From Bilabrum cf. latius (Eukaryota), in assembly GCA_965178125.1 (NCBI GenBank), contig OZ237754.1:682001-746000 (forward strand): a DNA stretch of 64,000 bases. The letters are read 5' to 3'. The position numbers were made by a program, and so were the translations under genes. The first letter of the stretch is position 1; the number at the start of each line of letters is the position of its first letter. This document shows, one piece after another, positions 10,701 through 24,533 of this stretch. The notes beneath the pieces are model-generated. The model was not told the DNA's origin and did not search any database. It was given only the letters and a program-made list of their open reading frames with translations.

Positions 10701-13700
10701 CAGCTCCGGCAGCGCCCGCCAAGACTGCGGCAAGGGCAGATGGGGCAGCACCGCCAGCTCCGGCAGCGCCCGCCAAGACTGCGGCAAGTGCAGATGGGGC
10801 AGCACCGCCAGCTCCGGCAGCGCCCGCCAAGACTGCGGCAAGTGCAGATGGGGCAGCACCGCCAGCTCCGGCAGCGCCCGCCAAGACTGCGGCAAGGGCA
10901 GATGGGGCAGCACCGCCAGCTCCGGCAGCGCCCGCCAAGACTGCGGCAAGTGCAGATGGGGCAGCCCCGCCAGCTCCGGCAGCGCCCGCCAAGACTGCGG
11001 CAAGTGCAGATGGGGCAGCACCGCCAGCTCCGGCAGCGCCCGCCAAGACTGCGGCAGGGGCTGGACCCGGTGCTGCACCGCCAGCTCCGGCAGCGCCCGC
11101 CAAGACTGCGGCAAGGGCAGATGGGGCAGCACCGCCAGCTCCGGCAGCGCCCGCCAAGACTGCGGCAAGGGCAGATGGGGCAGCACCGCCAGCTCCGGCA
11201 GCGCCCGCCAAGACTGCGGCAAGGGCAGATGGGGCAGCACCGCCAGCTCCAGCAGCGCCCGCCAAGACTGCGGCAAGTGCAGATGGGGCAGCACCGCCAG
11301 CTCCGGCAGCGCCCGCCAAGACTGCGGCAAGGGCAGATGGGGCAGCACCGCCAGCTCCGGCAGCGCCCGCCAAGACTGCGGCAAGGGCAGATGGGGCAGC
11401 ACCGCCAGCTCCGGCAGCGCCCGCCAAGACTGCGGCAAGTGCAGATGGGGCAGCACCGCCAGCTCCGGCAGCGCCCGCCAAGACTGCGGCAGGGGCTGGA
11501 CAAGGTGCTGCACCGCCAGCTCCGGCAGCGCCCGCCAAGACTGCGGCACGGGCAGATGGGGCAGCACCGCCAGCTCCGGCAGCGCCCGCCAAGACTGCGG
11601 CAAGTGCAGATGGGGCAGCACCGCCAGCTCCGGCAGCGCCCGCCACGACTGCGGCAAGGGCAGATGGGGCAGCACCGCCAGCTCCGGCAGCGCCTGCCAA
11701 GACTGCGGCAAGTGCAGATGGGGCAGCACCGCCAGCTCCGGCAGCGCCCGCCAAGACTGCGGCAAGTGCAGATGGGGCAGCCCCGCCAGCTCCGGCAGCG
11801 CCCGCCAAGACTGCGGCAAGGGCAGATGGGGCAGCACCGCCAGCTCCGGCAGCGCCCGCCAAGACTGCGGCAAGGGCAGATGGGGCAGCACCGCCAGCTT
11901 TGACAGTGCCCACCAGAGCTGTGCACAGCGAAAAGCTAAAACGATCTGCTGTGCGGATTCAGGCTTGGTGGAGGTTCTGCGTGGCATCCGCGAGCTTCAA
12001 GCGGTTCCGTACTGCCGTTCATCGGATAACTGCAGGTATCCGGGGCATGCAGGCCAGAGGTGTGGTCCGACGCAGGCGAGCTGCTTCTCACAAGCTCGGT
12101 TTGTGGGGCAAGATGGCTGCTACCAGAGCCCGGTTCAAGCAAGAGAAGGAGCAGGCCGCCAGTGCCGTGAGTGCAATTGGTGCCATGTACCGCGCCAAGC
12201 GAGCCCAGCAAGAGGCCAACAAGCGCCGCGAGGCCATGGGAATGGTCAACATGTGGGCAGCGTCGAGGGTTGTGCGGAAGAAATTCAGGCGAAGTAGGGC
12301 GGCAGCCACGAAAAGCCAATCCGTGGTGCGGGCTTGGCAAGCTCGCAGAGAGTTCGCCACGATGAGAAAGCGGGTCATCAGAGTGCAGGCGCAAGTGCGC
12401 CGATTTGTTGCGAAGCTCAAGCTGAGGGTGGCTCAACGAGCCGCTACGAGGCTTGCAGCCACGTTTCGAAGAGCCAAGGCATCCAAGCACTACTAGCGGC
12501 AGAAGTAGGCGGCCGTGCATATGTAGCGGCACATACGAGGCAGGCGCATGCGATTGCAATACGCTGACTAGCTTGGTCGCACAGTGAGGGTTCAGGCCCT
12601 AGTGCGGCGCTTCATCGATCGTGTGCGATACAGGAAGCAGCGCCGAGCTGCCATCTTGCTGCAGTCCCTCGGTCGAGGATGGAGAGCCAAGCGTGAGTTT
12701 GGGGGCACGCGCTCTTTGACCATCCGGGCGCAGGCCATAGTGCGTCGGTTTCTGGCCAAGCTGGCACTGCGCCGGGCAAAGCGAGCCGAGACAGTCATTG
12801 CAGCGGCCATGCGCATGCGGCTGAGTAGGTTAAGGTTCTTGGATATTCGCAGGTCAGTGGTCGTATGCCAGTCCGTAGCTCGCATGCACTTTGTGCGCCT
12901 ATGGTTCAAGCACTTGCGCTAGTGCACGATCCGTGTGCAAGCTCAGGCTCGCCGGCTTATTGCCCGATCTAGCTTACACAGGGTAAAGCGAGCCACTGTG
13001 TTGTTGCAGACGGGCATTCGTGGGCGGTTGGCCAGAACTCTGTCCAGGCGCAGGTCAACAGCTGTGCAATCCATGCAGCTGTGGGCCAGCGCTCGCCTCG
13101 CTAGGCAGGACTTCGTGCGCAAGAAAGATGCGGCCACGGCGATCGCAGCAAGAGTCAGGGCGGTGCAAGGCAAGAAAAAGTACGCGCAAAAGCGGAGGGC
13201 GTCTACTCTCCTGGCGGCAGCTGCGCGAAGGCATTCGGCCCGCAAGGAGTACGGCAGAGTGCGGTACTTGACCACCAAGGTGCAGGCGCAGGTGAGGGGC
13301 TGGATCGAAAGGGCAAGGCGGCGCCTTGTGGCAGAATCAGTGACCAAGATAGCCTCTCGATTCCGGGCTTACCTACACCAGCAAGAGTTTCAGAGGTTGC
13401 GATACTTAATCACCTCCATCGCAGCGCACTGGCGGGGCCTGGTGGTGCGCCGCGTGTTCCGCAGGATGCGATGGGTGGTGGTGAAGCTGCAGGCGTATGC
13501 CAGGCGCTCACGCTGCATGCGACTCATCAAGGTGCTTGCGCAGCAGGATTTGCGGTAGAAATTTGGCGGATCTGCTGCTGTAGAACGGCGCGTCGTGAAC
13601 AAGCCAGTGGCGACTGGCTCCTAGGTGTATGGATTGGATGCAGGGGCCTTGTACCCCAGGAGCGCGTATCCGGGAGCACCGTCTGAAGGGCGTACGGAGG

Positions 13701-16249
13701 GGCCACCTCGTCCAAAAGCGTTTTACCGGTCGCACGTAGGTGATGTGGTACTGGGCAACCTGCGGCGGCATGCCAGCATTGGAGTGCTGCGAGGTACAAG
13801 AACGGTCGCAAAGAAACCAGGCAAAGCTGCTCTCATTGGAATGGCCGTAGAGCGCGAGGCAGCCGCCATGGAGGCAATCGAGCTGAACAGCAGCGGGGTT
13901 GATCGCGCCATGGGACTTGATGCGGCTCATGGTGCTGCAGGAACGGTGGAGAATGGGCATCACAGCCACGGGCGGACGCACTGGAGCAAGCGCGGTGTGC
14001 GGGTGACCCGGACCCCAGATACCAGCAAGGAATACGAGCGGCTGCAGTTCGTTCTGGGCGAGCTCAAGAGCATTCGCGATGCCGCTGCGACGCTTCGGGC
14101 TGCGGACGGCGGCTCCAAGCGCCAACGTGCAATGGGTGAATCCACAGTCCCTGCAGGATCCACCCGACAGGAGCAGCTCCCTCTCACAAACAGCACTTCA
14201 TTTCTCGACGAACAGGCCATGCCAGCGGACGCACCCTCCATCGTGTTCATGCAGCAGCAGGCGGAGTACTCTGCCAGAGCCCCTTCGCCTGTCAAGCACT
14301 CGCGGTCGCCCCCTCCACCGCTTCAGATCCGGCGCACCCTACCAGGTGACTCTGAAGAGCAAAACCAGCAACCAGCGACCCGAGAGAGGGAAAGAGATGA
14401 AGCCGGCTAGTCACCATGGAACAGAGACGCAATCAGATCAAAGCAGTTCCGGGGCGTACAGAGCCGGCAGTATACTCCTAAGTGCCAGTGGAAGCGTATG
14501 GATGAGAGGCAGTACGAGCAGCGGGTTGGCGTGGCACATGGGCACTAGCCCCTGCAGCTCGAGGGCGCACATGACGAGGGCATGCTGCTTGACAGGGCGC
14601 AGCGAGCGGCGCAATTTGCAGCAGAAATTGCGATGGAGCGGGAGACAGGCAGCCTGTCGTCATCCGCCCGCACCCGCGAGGAGGTTGAGGACATGGCTGC
14701 ATTGGCTGTGAGAGCCACGAGCGGTGGCATGTCTCCAGTGTCTTTGGCTTCCTCTGTTGACACTATGTCTCCTAGACACCAAGTTTCGTTCGGTGAGATG
14801 CCAGACGGGCAAGAAGCAAGTGAGAGAGGACGGGAGAGGGAGCAAGGCGCGGCTCTGGGTAGCAGGCGAGACAGAAGTCCACACCTTAGAGACAGGGACG
14901 GCAAGCATGGCGACCAGCTGCTGTCTCCTGGAGGCAGCAGGTACATCGGTTTGAAGGAGTACCGGCTGCCTGGATCGATGTAGAGCGACTCCCAAGGAAC
15001 GCCTGTGAAAATGGGGGGTCTCAGTGACAGAAAGGGCATCGAGTCCGTGCCACCTGGGGCAGTGGGGTTTCCCGGAGATGCTGGGTGGGAGGGAGCGATG
15101 AATGCGTCTGGCAGGCCAAGGGGGGCACTGGGTGCCACCTCCAAGGAACGAAGGAAAATGTACAGGGCGCAATCGGTGGAGTCGCTGGGTGCGGCACCCG
15201 TTACCGAGGACGCTGGCTTACTGTGGGGCAAAGGGGGACCAAGGCGTAAATCGTCGGGGCGGGAAGGCGATGGTGAGGCTGGTACGATTCCATATAGATA
15301 GGAGGAGGGCAGGCCTACAGAACCAGCGAGTGCGCACTACTCGCATGGACCCATCATACCGGAGGCAGCTGAGTACTCGGACAGCGCATACGGCTCTGCA
15401 GCGAGCGGAGAGGACGGTGTGCGGGCCGTGGTTCTTACCCATCACAGGCAAGATCGCGAGTCTCCTAGGAGCAAGACTAAAAGGACCGAAGCAAGCCACA
15501 GGCCCAGCCAGGACGCTGTGCATTGGAGTCCAAGTCGAACTGGCGAGCCCAGGCCCAGCCAGACCCGGCCCCCGCCGCCTCCACCGCCAGGGCAGCCCCC
15601 TTCCCAGCGCAAGAGGCGCTCTCCAGCCGGTGCGGTGGAACGTCAGGAACACGGCTATGTGACGTCAGGATCGGATCAGCCTTGGGGTCAAGATCTCCGC
15701 CCTTCAAGCTCTGCGCGCAACAGGACCGAGGAACAGTACAGCGCCGTGCTGGGCATGGGCACCAGGCTGAGCCGGCCTTCAAGGCCTCGGCCAGGAGGAA
15801 GAGGCGGAGGTGCAGCCAGCGGGAGCCCGGTGGGGGCAGGCACTAGTTCCCCTACGGGGGTGCAGGCGTAGTACCAGGGCCAGGGCCGGGGCCAGTCTTC
15901 CACCGAGTCTTCTCCAGGCGGTGCGGCAGGAGGAGCAGGCATGGCGGGATTGGACAGGTATGTCAGCGTGCACGTGCGGAAGGGGAGCGCCGCGCTGAGC
16001 AGGTCTCGGAGCCGGTCCAGGAGTCGGATGAGGAGGGAGAGGGCGAGCAGCAGGGGGCAAGGGAGGGGTAGGTCCCACCTGAGTCCCGCAGAGAGTCGCG
16101 ACGATGCTTCCCCCGTGTCGATGAGGGCGGCTGGGCCCGAGGTCACCAGGAGCAAGCGGGGGCACAGGATGACGGTAGCGAGCGTCAGGGCCGCCTCCCA
16201 GGGCCGGCTGCGAGTGCCACCGGCCTTCCAGGCGCTGTTCAAGAGCTGA
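7724..16249 (+). CDS. Giant (2841 aa) intronless protein: Pro/Ala tandem repeat, IQ calmodulin-binding array, disordered C-terminus
   Basis: Track ORFs at 7724, 11900, 12584, 12935, 13625, 14582, 15005, 15419 and 15941 share one frame. They are separated only by TAG (14 counted), with no TAA/TGA until TGA 16247-16249. Many IQxxxRG-type motifs lie at 11950-13550. Confidence 0.85.
8213..11899 (+). repeat. ~3.7 kb coding minisatellite, 54/57-bp units (AAPPAPAAPAKTAA-SADG/RADG/GAGPG/GAGQG), ~67 copies
   Basis: Core gcaccgccagctccggcagcgcccgccaagactgcggca repeats with 54- and 57-bp variants; frame is preserved throughout. Confidence 0.97.
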
Positions 16250-16401
16250 ACAGCATTGTGTGCCTACCTCGGCTACTGGCAGTCGGCAAGCAAGCTGCCA
16301 GCACGGCCACTGTTCGGCTCGTTCGTCACACGTGCAAGAAGTGTGCGTGGCAGGTTGTGGGCTATTCAATAAAATTGACGGTGCTACACCCTAAATGTTT
16401 A

Positions 16402-17393
16402 ATGGTGTTGACCCTGTATTCGCATGCACTGTGGCTTGGCTTGATAATGTCTTCGGCCAGCTTGATCAGCGGCTCGCAGCTTTCACAAGCTCAACGCATG
16501 CTGCACAGAGCGCACAGGAAAGCTAAGGTGCTTCAGCATTAGCGGTCTGCTCTGGACATGGACATACACGAAATTAAGCAAAAAGCTGAGCAGGCACCTA
16601 GGTATATGTAGCGTCAAGACTGTGACCCAGCGGGTGATTGCAAGCATCTTGGAGTTACAGCTGTCCTTCATGACAATCACGGCATGGTGTGGTGCAAAGA
16701 TTGCTCCGATCCAGAAGCTGCTGGCGCGTTTAGTAAGCATAGTATTCATTGGCGTTGCGATGTGCGCCAACAAGTCTCACATAGTTGCTGGTTGTGCTCC
16801 ACAACTCTCTTCGTGCAGCCGACACTTGGCAGACAGCTCATTGTCCCGTAGGGTATAGAGTTCAGGGCCGTAAGTAACTTAATCTTCTGTGTTCGAAGCA
16901 TACTGGTTGCATAGACATTTGTTTCATTTCCCAGATCGCCTGGGAGTTGTGCGAGCAACTGCTCCAGGCTGTGCATAGCTCAACCTGGCCACCTGAGCAA
17001 TTCTAGACCTAGAGCTTTCACCACGCAGCTATTGTATGGGCTGTACCGAATCACCTGGAAGCAGATGTAGCCAACCCAATCGGAGGCGCTATCGCCATGG
17101 TGCATCGCGGAAACGTGCCAGTCGTTACGAAAGCGCAGAGGGCCCAGGCAGCGGGCGCTACAGCCCTCATTGTCGTCGACAGCGGGAATTGTGATGAAGA
17201 ATTCAATTGTGATGGCCGGCTGGGCAGTCGAAGCGACGGCCCTTTGGCAGCGAACGACAGCAGGGGGGCGTGGGACAGAATATTCATCCCGGTGGTTCTC
17301 GTGACGAAGGCTTCGGGCCAGAGGCTTCTTGCCCAACTCAATGTACGAGAGATGGACATGCCAGGCTTTGGGATGCAAAAATTCGTCGCTTGA
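16402..17393 (+). CDS. Secreted PA (protease-associated) domain protein, 3 exons, 2 in-frame TAG
   Basis: Proposed exons 16402-16732, 16819-16869, 17029-17393 (GTAAG donors, CAG acceptors). Hydrophobic N-terminus; GPIVWAVPNH...GAIAMVHRG..VVTKAQRAQAAGATALIVVD...IFIPVVLV is a PA domain. TGA stop. Confidence 0.72.
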
Positions 17394-17770
17394 TTGCGCC
17401 CCTGGTGAACAAAGCACCCCACACAGGAAGTGTGTGCAGACCCAAACCGATCTGGGAGGTGAGCATTTGCTCCCGCATTCAACTCTCTCGGCTGTACATC
17501 ATGGCTATACCTTTGTTTGGGAGGCTTTGGTGGTGTGTGCTCAAACGAGCAACGTTTTACACATTCGAATGGTCGAGATATCACTAGGTGGTAGCCCTCC
17601 CGCAGCAGGGGCACGGTGGCATCGCGGCAACAGAAAAATACAATCGTTAGCTCAATATATTGATCTGCAATACTGTAGCACAATGAACATTGCATTGATT
17701 GAAGTCTACGTGCAGCGGCTAGCTCCGAATTCTGATTGGCAAGGGTAGTATTCGTCAAGCACTCAGGATC

Positions 17771-19525
17771 ATGCTCGCAGCACTGGCTATGATTGCTGGA
17801 CTTGTATCTGCTACAGACAACGGCAGAGCTGATCGTGAGCCGTTCTCAAGTCCGACACTACGTAGACTGTACTTGTATTTCGTGACAACTGCAACTACAG
17901 ATAGTCTTGCATATATCTCTTCAAGACCCTCCACATCCATTAACAAGATACGCCTGATACTATATATTCAATTTGCAGTACCTCCAATGGGCTGGCGCTC
18001 GTGAGTGGCGAATTCGTAGCTGGTACCGGTGGTCATGACGTCGTCGGATCCAACCGTACCATTCGTCGTTTTCGACATATAACTATTTCGCAGGTGGAAC
18101 TGCTACCACGCGAACGTCAATCAAACTCTGATGGAACGGGTGTACGACGCAATGGCAGAGCGAAAGCTGACGGTGAACGGCAAACCAACATCGCTTCTAG
18201 ACCTCGGCTATGACACTGTCGGTCTCGACGATAACTGGCAAGACTGTGGAGCTGGCCCAAACAACACGTTCCATTCTGCCACTGGTACTCCACTCGTCAA
18301 CACCAAAACCTTCCCAAGCCTGAAAGGCATGGTCTCTTACGGCAAGTCCAAGGGCCTCAAGAGCGGCTTCTACTCCAACAACTGCATCTGCCACGAGCAC
18401 CTACCCATCATGGGGGCAGAGGCCATTCGAAACCTGAAAGGAGACGCCCAGCTTGCCATTGACGCTGGTTTCGAGGCGCTCAAGGCAGACGGGTGCGGGC
18501 CTGAGAAGGACCTGCAGCTCTGGACGCAGCTGCTCAATGCCTCCGGTGTCGCCTTTGAGCTCGAGAAGTGAGGACATAGTATAAGATCAGCTGCGAAAAT
18601 GGTCCACTCTACTCATGTGTAACACGCGCTTCTATTTTGGCTAGGATTTTCTGCACCAGTATCGCACCTCTCCGTCCCCGCAGCTGCCACAATGGCGGGG
18701 TGCCTTCCATCCCTGCCGACTTCCCCCTGAACCAGCCAGTGCCCGCCTCTATCTGCCCCATGACCAGGTACCGGAGCTCAACGGACATAAACGCGCACTG
18801 GGGGTCCATCTGGCACAATCTGCAGACTGTGGTGCAGTATACCGACAAGGACGCTCCCAACTCGAGGCCTGGGTGCTGGGCATACCCTGGTGAGCAGCAG
18901 ATCAGAGTCTTGCGCGCACTTGTTGATTGCCACATTGCAGCAGCGATGGACGCAGACGTGGGCACGCAAATGTCTGTTGGCGTATTCGTGTCATATTTGG
19001 TATCAAAGTTATGCCCATGGCACCCTTGCCCTCCCCTACTTTCGCCCGCTCGCAGACATGCTCGAGGTGGGGCACCTCACGGGTCCCCTCAACTACACAG
19101 AATCCAGGTCGCACTTCGGGGCCTGGTGCATCGTCTCGTCGCCCCTCACACTAGGATACGATGTGACTAATCCCACCCTCATGCAGGAGGTATGGCCCAT
19201 CATCAGCAACACCGAGGCCATCGCAGTATCCCAGTCCTGGCACAACCACCCCGGCCGTCTCGTAAAGGCTTATCCCGCCAGCCCTGCAGAGGCACAGTGG
19301 CAGGTGTGGGCCAAGCCACAGGCCAATGGGGCCATTGCAGTGCTCATGGTCAGCAACTCCGATAATGATGTCTCGGCCAGCGTGGACATGTCCGAGCTGG
19401 GGCTGCCTTCCACCGTCAAGGTGAGGGACATCTGGAAGCACGAGGACGCTGGCACCGTGACCGGCACGCTCAAGGCGACGTTGTCCACGCATGACTCGCA
19501 CTTTGTGGTGTTGTCACCGCAATGA
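17771..19525 (+). CDS. Alpha-galactosidase / alpha-N-acetylgalactosaminidase, glycoside hydrolase family 27, 5 exons
   Basis: Exons 17771-17834, 17979-18000 (22 nt), 18094-18567, 18684-18889, 19056-19525 give signal peptide + DNG..LPPMGWRSWNCY, VGLDDNWQ, LKADGC, ENCH, RSSTDI, WAYPDMLEVG, RSHFGAWCIVSSPL. TGA stop. Confidence 0.93.
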
Positions 19526-19824
19526 ACGTTGTTGCTAAAGCTATCAGTGGGAGTGCCAGTCGTGATTTACTTGCGTAGTTTCGCAGCGCCTGCACTTGCC
19601 TTTGCAGTTACCTTTATCGGCGATGAGTGGTACCATTGTAAGCCCATTCTCGCGGAGTCTTGCGTAAACGTACTTATGATAATTCAGTTTTAGTATCTAC
19701 TAGCCCAAGTCGATGCTTTTGCACTGAAGAATGGCTGCAAGCCAGCAGTTGCAGTTCGCCGAATCCGAGTTTATCCTGGACTTGGTTGGTTCATCTATTA
19801 AATCACTATTTCATAGTAGAAACA

Positions 19825-22800
19825 ATGGCCTAGACACATCAAAGTATGCTCTTTGATACTGTTGTAATGTAGGACCGACGTTAGACAGAATACTGGTACT
19901 TGCAATCGTGCAGGGTAGCGATCGGCATTTTCTGCGATATTTCTCTTGAGGCATGATCTGCTCGTTCGCAGGCATACGGAGGCGGATTGCCTCATATATG
20001 GACTTACAGTCATTTTCATCATTGCGTATTACAAGCAACAGTTGCTATGAATCCTTAAAATTGTCTGATTTGGGTAGTTTGGCGATCAAGTAGCATGTTA
20101 GCAAGGTTGCATTGGTTCGCGCAGGCTTTGCCGCATCAGAACCACTATAGGAATCTGTTAAGTCTATTATCAACTGTGGAGTTGACCTGGTGCGACTCTT
20201 AAGGAACTTAAAGGGCCCGTAGCTGCCAGTACGTCATGTGCTATCAAGCGGACATTTTGAGGATTCTTCGGGTCCCAATAGAAACGGCAAGGCTTCCCGA
20301 GACAGTACGTGTGGGGCTTTTATTCGCTCAGTACCTAAATATCGCGCTGGGGATGAGCTGCTTCAGCAGAGGTGGAGGGCATCCACCATCCAAGGTATGG
20401 CGAGAGATCTGCTCCCCGTCATCCACCTCGGCGAAATAATACAGAAAGCATCCAATAGCCGTGTGCGTACTGGTTTACTCATAGGTAAGCATGCAAGCGT
20501 TGCAAATTTGGCATCACGAGCTGGCCGTGATGCTGAGCTGGCAGCTGCTGCGATTCCTTGTGGCGCTGCATTCGTTGCTTTGCAAGGCGTAATGCCTCAA
20601 ATCGGGCTCTCTACCCCTGATGTGTTCCCCTCGACGTACTGGCGCGGGCAAGAAGACATGCTCCATTCCAGGCCTAGTTGGTACAGGCAAGCCACTGGAT
20701 TTCTGCGCTCTGGGGTGGTGCAGCCATTGCCTTTGCCTGTTGTCCCGAGTTTACCCCATCATGATACGGGTGCACCGGGCCGAATGCGAGAAACCGGGTT
20801 GCCTCAACAAGATTCTTCTGTAATACGTCGGCATGGAGTGTTAGCAAGTGTTGTACCAAGTGATTGCCCGGCAATGCTCTCAGGTGATGAGCAGCAGACA
20901 GATAGCCCCACTGGCATTTGTCATGGGCCGCCTGTACCAGGTCTTCAATCCTCTCGATGCTATGGTGTAAGTGCAGATTGCTCCAAAAACTCTGCAGCAG
21001 AAGTTACTGCGCATACTCAAGCATAGCCTCGGCTCGCAGAGCCTACTGACGAACTGCTATTTTCGTCTTGGTACAACACCCAGGCCAAATTGCTAGATAA
21101 CAGGGAGTCGGAGGCCAGTGATGCTCGAGATCCGCACTAGTGGTTTGACCTGTGGGGCAGAATGCACTGCAAGGGCGATAGAGAGTATGGGCGAAGGATG
21201 GCATTAACTCCAAGCCCAGACCTAGAGCGTGTCCATTGCTGTGGCTGTAACGTAGGAGGCTGCGTCGCATCCCAGATATGCTTGTGCCAGCTCTTTCTGC
21301 TACTTGCCCTGACTGCGGTTGCCAGTTATTTGATACAAGACGTGTGGAGGCCCGCCTGCATCCGAAATGCATTGGCTATTGGGCTGTCCAGTAGTAGCAG
21401 CAATAGCGCCGTTGGCAGGTGGATGCAGTCAGGTACCAACGTTCGCATTCCTGAGACAGCTAGTCTCGCCAGTCTGCCACAACTGGAGGAAAACGAGACG
21501 TTGCGGGCAGATATCGTGCATCAATCTGCGCGGTACTGCAACTTGCCCTCGACTCCCAAGTAGTGGCAAGCCCAAGGCGAACAACTTTTCGTTGAGTTAG
21601 CCGATATCACTCCTGTGTCAAGTGTTGATGTGTGCATACTAGTATTGCTTGGTGCAGGTATGCTACAGATTATAGCTGCGTGCATGTATCACGGCGTGAG
21701 AGCGAAAAAGCCCTGTGCGCCTGCTTCAATGGCGTGGACGTGTTTGCTGCAGGCTCTTGTTTGCGGGCGAGACGGCGATCGGTTGTCCCCAATCGTCACC
21801 ATTGACAAACTGCCTGTGAAAGCACCGGTGCTGTTAGGCGGAATCAGCGGGCGCAGTGTGGCGGCACTTTTCTGGATTGTTTCGGCACTCACAGTTTTGA
21901 TTGCACGGCCCTTGGCGCACGCAGCGGACACAGCTTTTGCTGAGCGAAGACCAATTCCACATAGTAACCTAGGAAGCATAGCCGCTATCGGCACACTCGG
22001 TGGCTGTGCTGGCGCTCTTCTTCCGCTTGTATTTGACCTGCTTCCGCATCCCAATCGATTGTACTAGACTGCGATCATGCTTGCGTCAGCTGAACATTTG
22101 TACTGGCCCATGACAGGCAGGCGGAAGCTCTCTGTGCCTGGGTATGCGGAGCCAAAGTAGGCATACGTCGGCTAGTCGCTGTTTTGTTCTAGGTCGTTGC
22201 AGCACGTTGGCTATGCATTCGCAGTATTGTTGTCGGGCGCTCCTGTCGCAATTATTTTGGCTACGGATAGATTCGAAGTGCAGGGGACTAGCTCTCATCT
22301 GCTGCAGACGCTACCACTCCTGCTATTTGCGCTCACTTGGTTGGTTGCAAATTTATGTGCGACGTTCGTACGAGTAGGCGAGCGGCCACCGATTTCAGCT
22401 GATTTTGTGCTTGGTCGCGCATCAGCTGGAGAGCACATTCCGAATTGTAACAGCTGGTTCTGGCCGTAGTGTGAATCAGTCTTTCCAGATCACCCATCAC
22501 ATGCTAGTCGGACAAAATTGTGTTGTAAGGCCACATCATACGCCTTGAGTGGAGCCATTTGGCTTACTGTTCAGTTGGTGTGGATGACAGCTGCTTTCTA
22601 GGGTCCTGTTGGCCCATCCGGCACTCTGCATGTGGTGCTTGGAGGTGCCATTCCCTTGATGTGCGTATACGTCGGGGCCATATGCTCGCGTCAACAGTGG
22701 CGCGCGTATCACAATCGAGCCGCTTCTCATACTGTACGCTTCGGCCATACAATTATTTCAAGAGACTTTGGCCAGTTGCGAGACAGGACTCGGCTCGTAG

Positions 22801-23771
22801 AGTCTGTATCGAGTCTGGCCGTTGGCATTCTCTCGAAGATCGGCTCGACAGAGTCGCTGCTACGAGACGCACGGGCTCAATCTTAGGTAACGGCCCAACG
22901 GGGGCTGAGTTTACCGTCAAGGATTAATCCAGTACGTGGTTTTGGCCGCTTGTTGATCAGCTACCAAGGCGACCAGCCGACTGCCATCCCACTATCAACA
23001 GGCTCCAGTCTGAGTTCAACTTCTGCGGCTACCATGATGAGCACATGGGATCACTCTAACATGATCTAGGTTCTAGATCTGCCTACAAGCAGATCTATTT
23101 GTCGGGTACTAGACAGCGTGCTGCTGTGTATGGGATTGCTCCAGGCGTGTGACTCCAAGGCGGATCATATAGTGGCACGTGCACATGAGCAATCGACGAG
23201 TAATTCTGATTCGGACGCAGACTCGAAGACGTCAGAACCAGATATCAGACAATCCGATGCTCGTGTTGCGAATGATATGGTAATATCTGGTGCTGCTGGA
23301 GCGTTGGCTGCTGTGGCTCGCTGCTTGGTAGAGGTACTGAAACACCAGCCTTACGTGGAAGCGAATCTCATCAATTTGATCACGCACGAGCAGGCCGAGA
23401 GAGTCTGGAGGTTGGCTGGTCATTCGATCACCCGTGAATGGAACCTGCCTGATGTTGGGTACCAAGAAGGGAGTATTTCGCTTGGCCACCAGCGGTCAGC
23501 AAGCGCTGCTCGTAGTTGCTTATCAACGCTACCAGAACTTGAGCAATTGCAAGTAGCCGTTGCTAGGGCAACACACCCTCTTCAGAGGCACAGAGCTGTA
23601 GAATAGGTCATGAAAGCCCAACCACCGCCACCATCGCAGCCCGTAGGCGATGTTTATTAGTCCCCTGCGCAGAAAGCTGTTGCGCCATTCTAGTCAAGTT
23701 CAAGCTAGAGCCCTTATGTCTGTAGTTTTAAGGTTTGTGAAAAGCTGAAGTGGATGGGCTTGGACACGTGA
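19825..23771 (+). CDS. Large hypothetical multi-pass membrane protein (~1300 aa), possible N-terminal F-box-like motif; both ends uncertain
   Basis: One frame is open from ~19974 to TGA 23769-23771 with only TAG interruptions, linking ORFs 20238, 21162, 21615, 22197, 22632 and 23118. Several hydrophobic segments at 21270-22700. A short first exon from ATG 19825 spliced to acceptor 19971 is proposed; further 3' exons up to ~24500 are possible. Confidence 0.6.
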
Positions 23772-24533
23772 CAGTGTTGCTGCTTGGAGTAAGCTGCACT
23801 GTTGCAGACTAGTGTCCGACGAGCAGTGCAGGGTGTAGACAGTAGCAGCTTAGGTACCATCGCATCTGCACGTATTCCAGTACTGACACTACCACGCTGG
23901 CCGACCTGTCAAGGCAAACCCTGACTGCACTCTGCAGTGGCAGGTGCAGGCCAAGTCACATGGTAGCGGGACCAACCAAGAAAAGGGCGGTCATGCTGCT
24001 GATCAGTACTTAAGACAACTATGTCCTGTCCGTATGAGACAATTCCAAGTTGCGCGGTCAAGCAGCTATTTTGATCCTAACGCCGTATGGGTTTCGGTGC
24101 TGATGCTAGAGTGGGAGCACGGGAACGTCTCGTTGGGTTCCGCTGGCAGTCGCAACCGGGTAGGCGGGTAGCCAACCGCTTGCTTGCGACGAGGCGCATC
24201 CGGGATACCTACCCTCTCTATGTTCAGGAGAGGGGCGAAGATTGGGTAATTTTTGATTTACTAGACTAGGTTGCGCGTGCACTCTGGCATCAGATGAGAG
24301 ACATATGGAAGGGCAAGGATGCTGGCACATCGTCTTGCACAGTCAAGGCATCCATGGATATGCCCCCATGTATACCATGCTGGGCTCTTGCGGTATTGCG
24401 CCTTTGCAGCAGTGATCGGAACGCAAGGTAGCTCTGGCAATTAAAGGTGGTGCGAGGTGGAAAGAGATTGATTGGTCGCATCATTGGCACTGTATGCGTG
24501 AATTGCTGTCGTGCTTAACTGCAGCCGTTTGCT

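Noticed and set aside
8213-11899. CRISPR-like array (also considered for 51643-52743)
   Set aside because: No unique spacers, unit lengths are multiples of 3 inside CDSs, no cas genes, and the context is eukaryotic.
8064-11987. Long alternative-frame ORFs over the minisatellite (Cys-rich 8123-11926, Gln/Arg-rich 8133-11903, Leu/Pro-rich antisense)
   Set aside because: They are artefacts of a stop-free repeat unit. Only the Pro/Ala frame is continuous with the unique flanking coding sequence.
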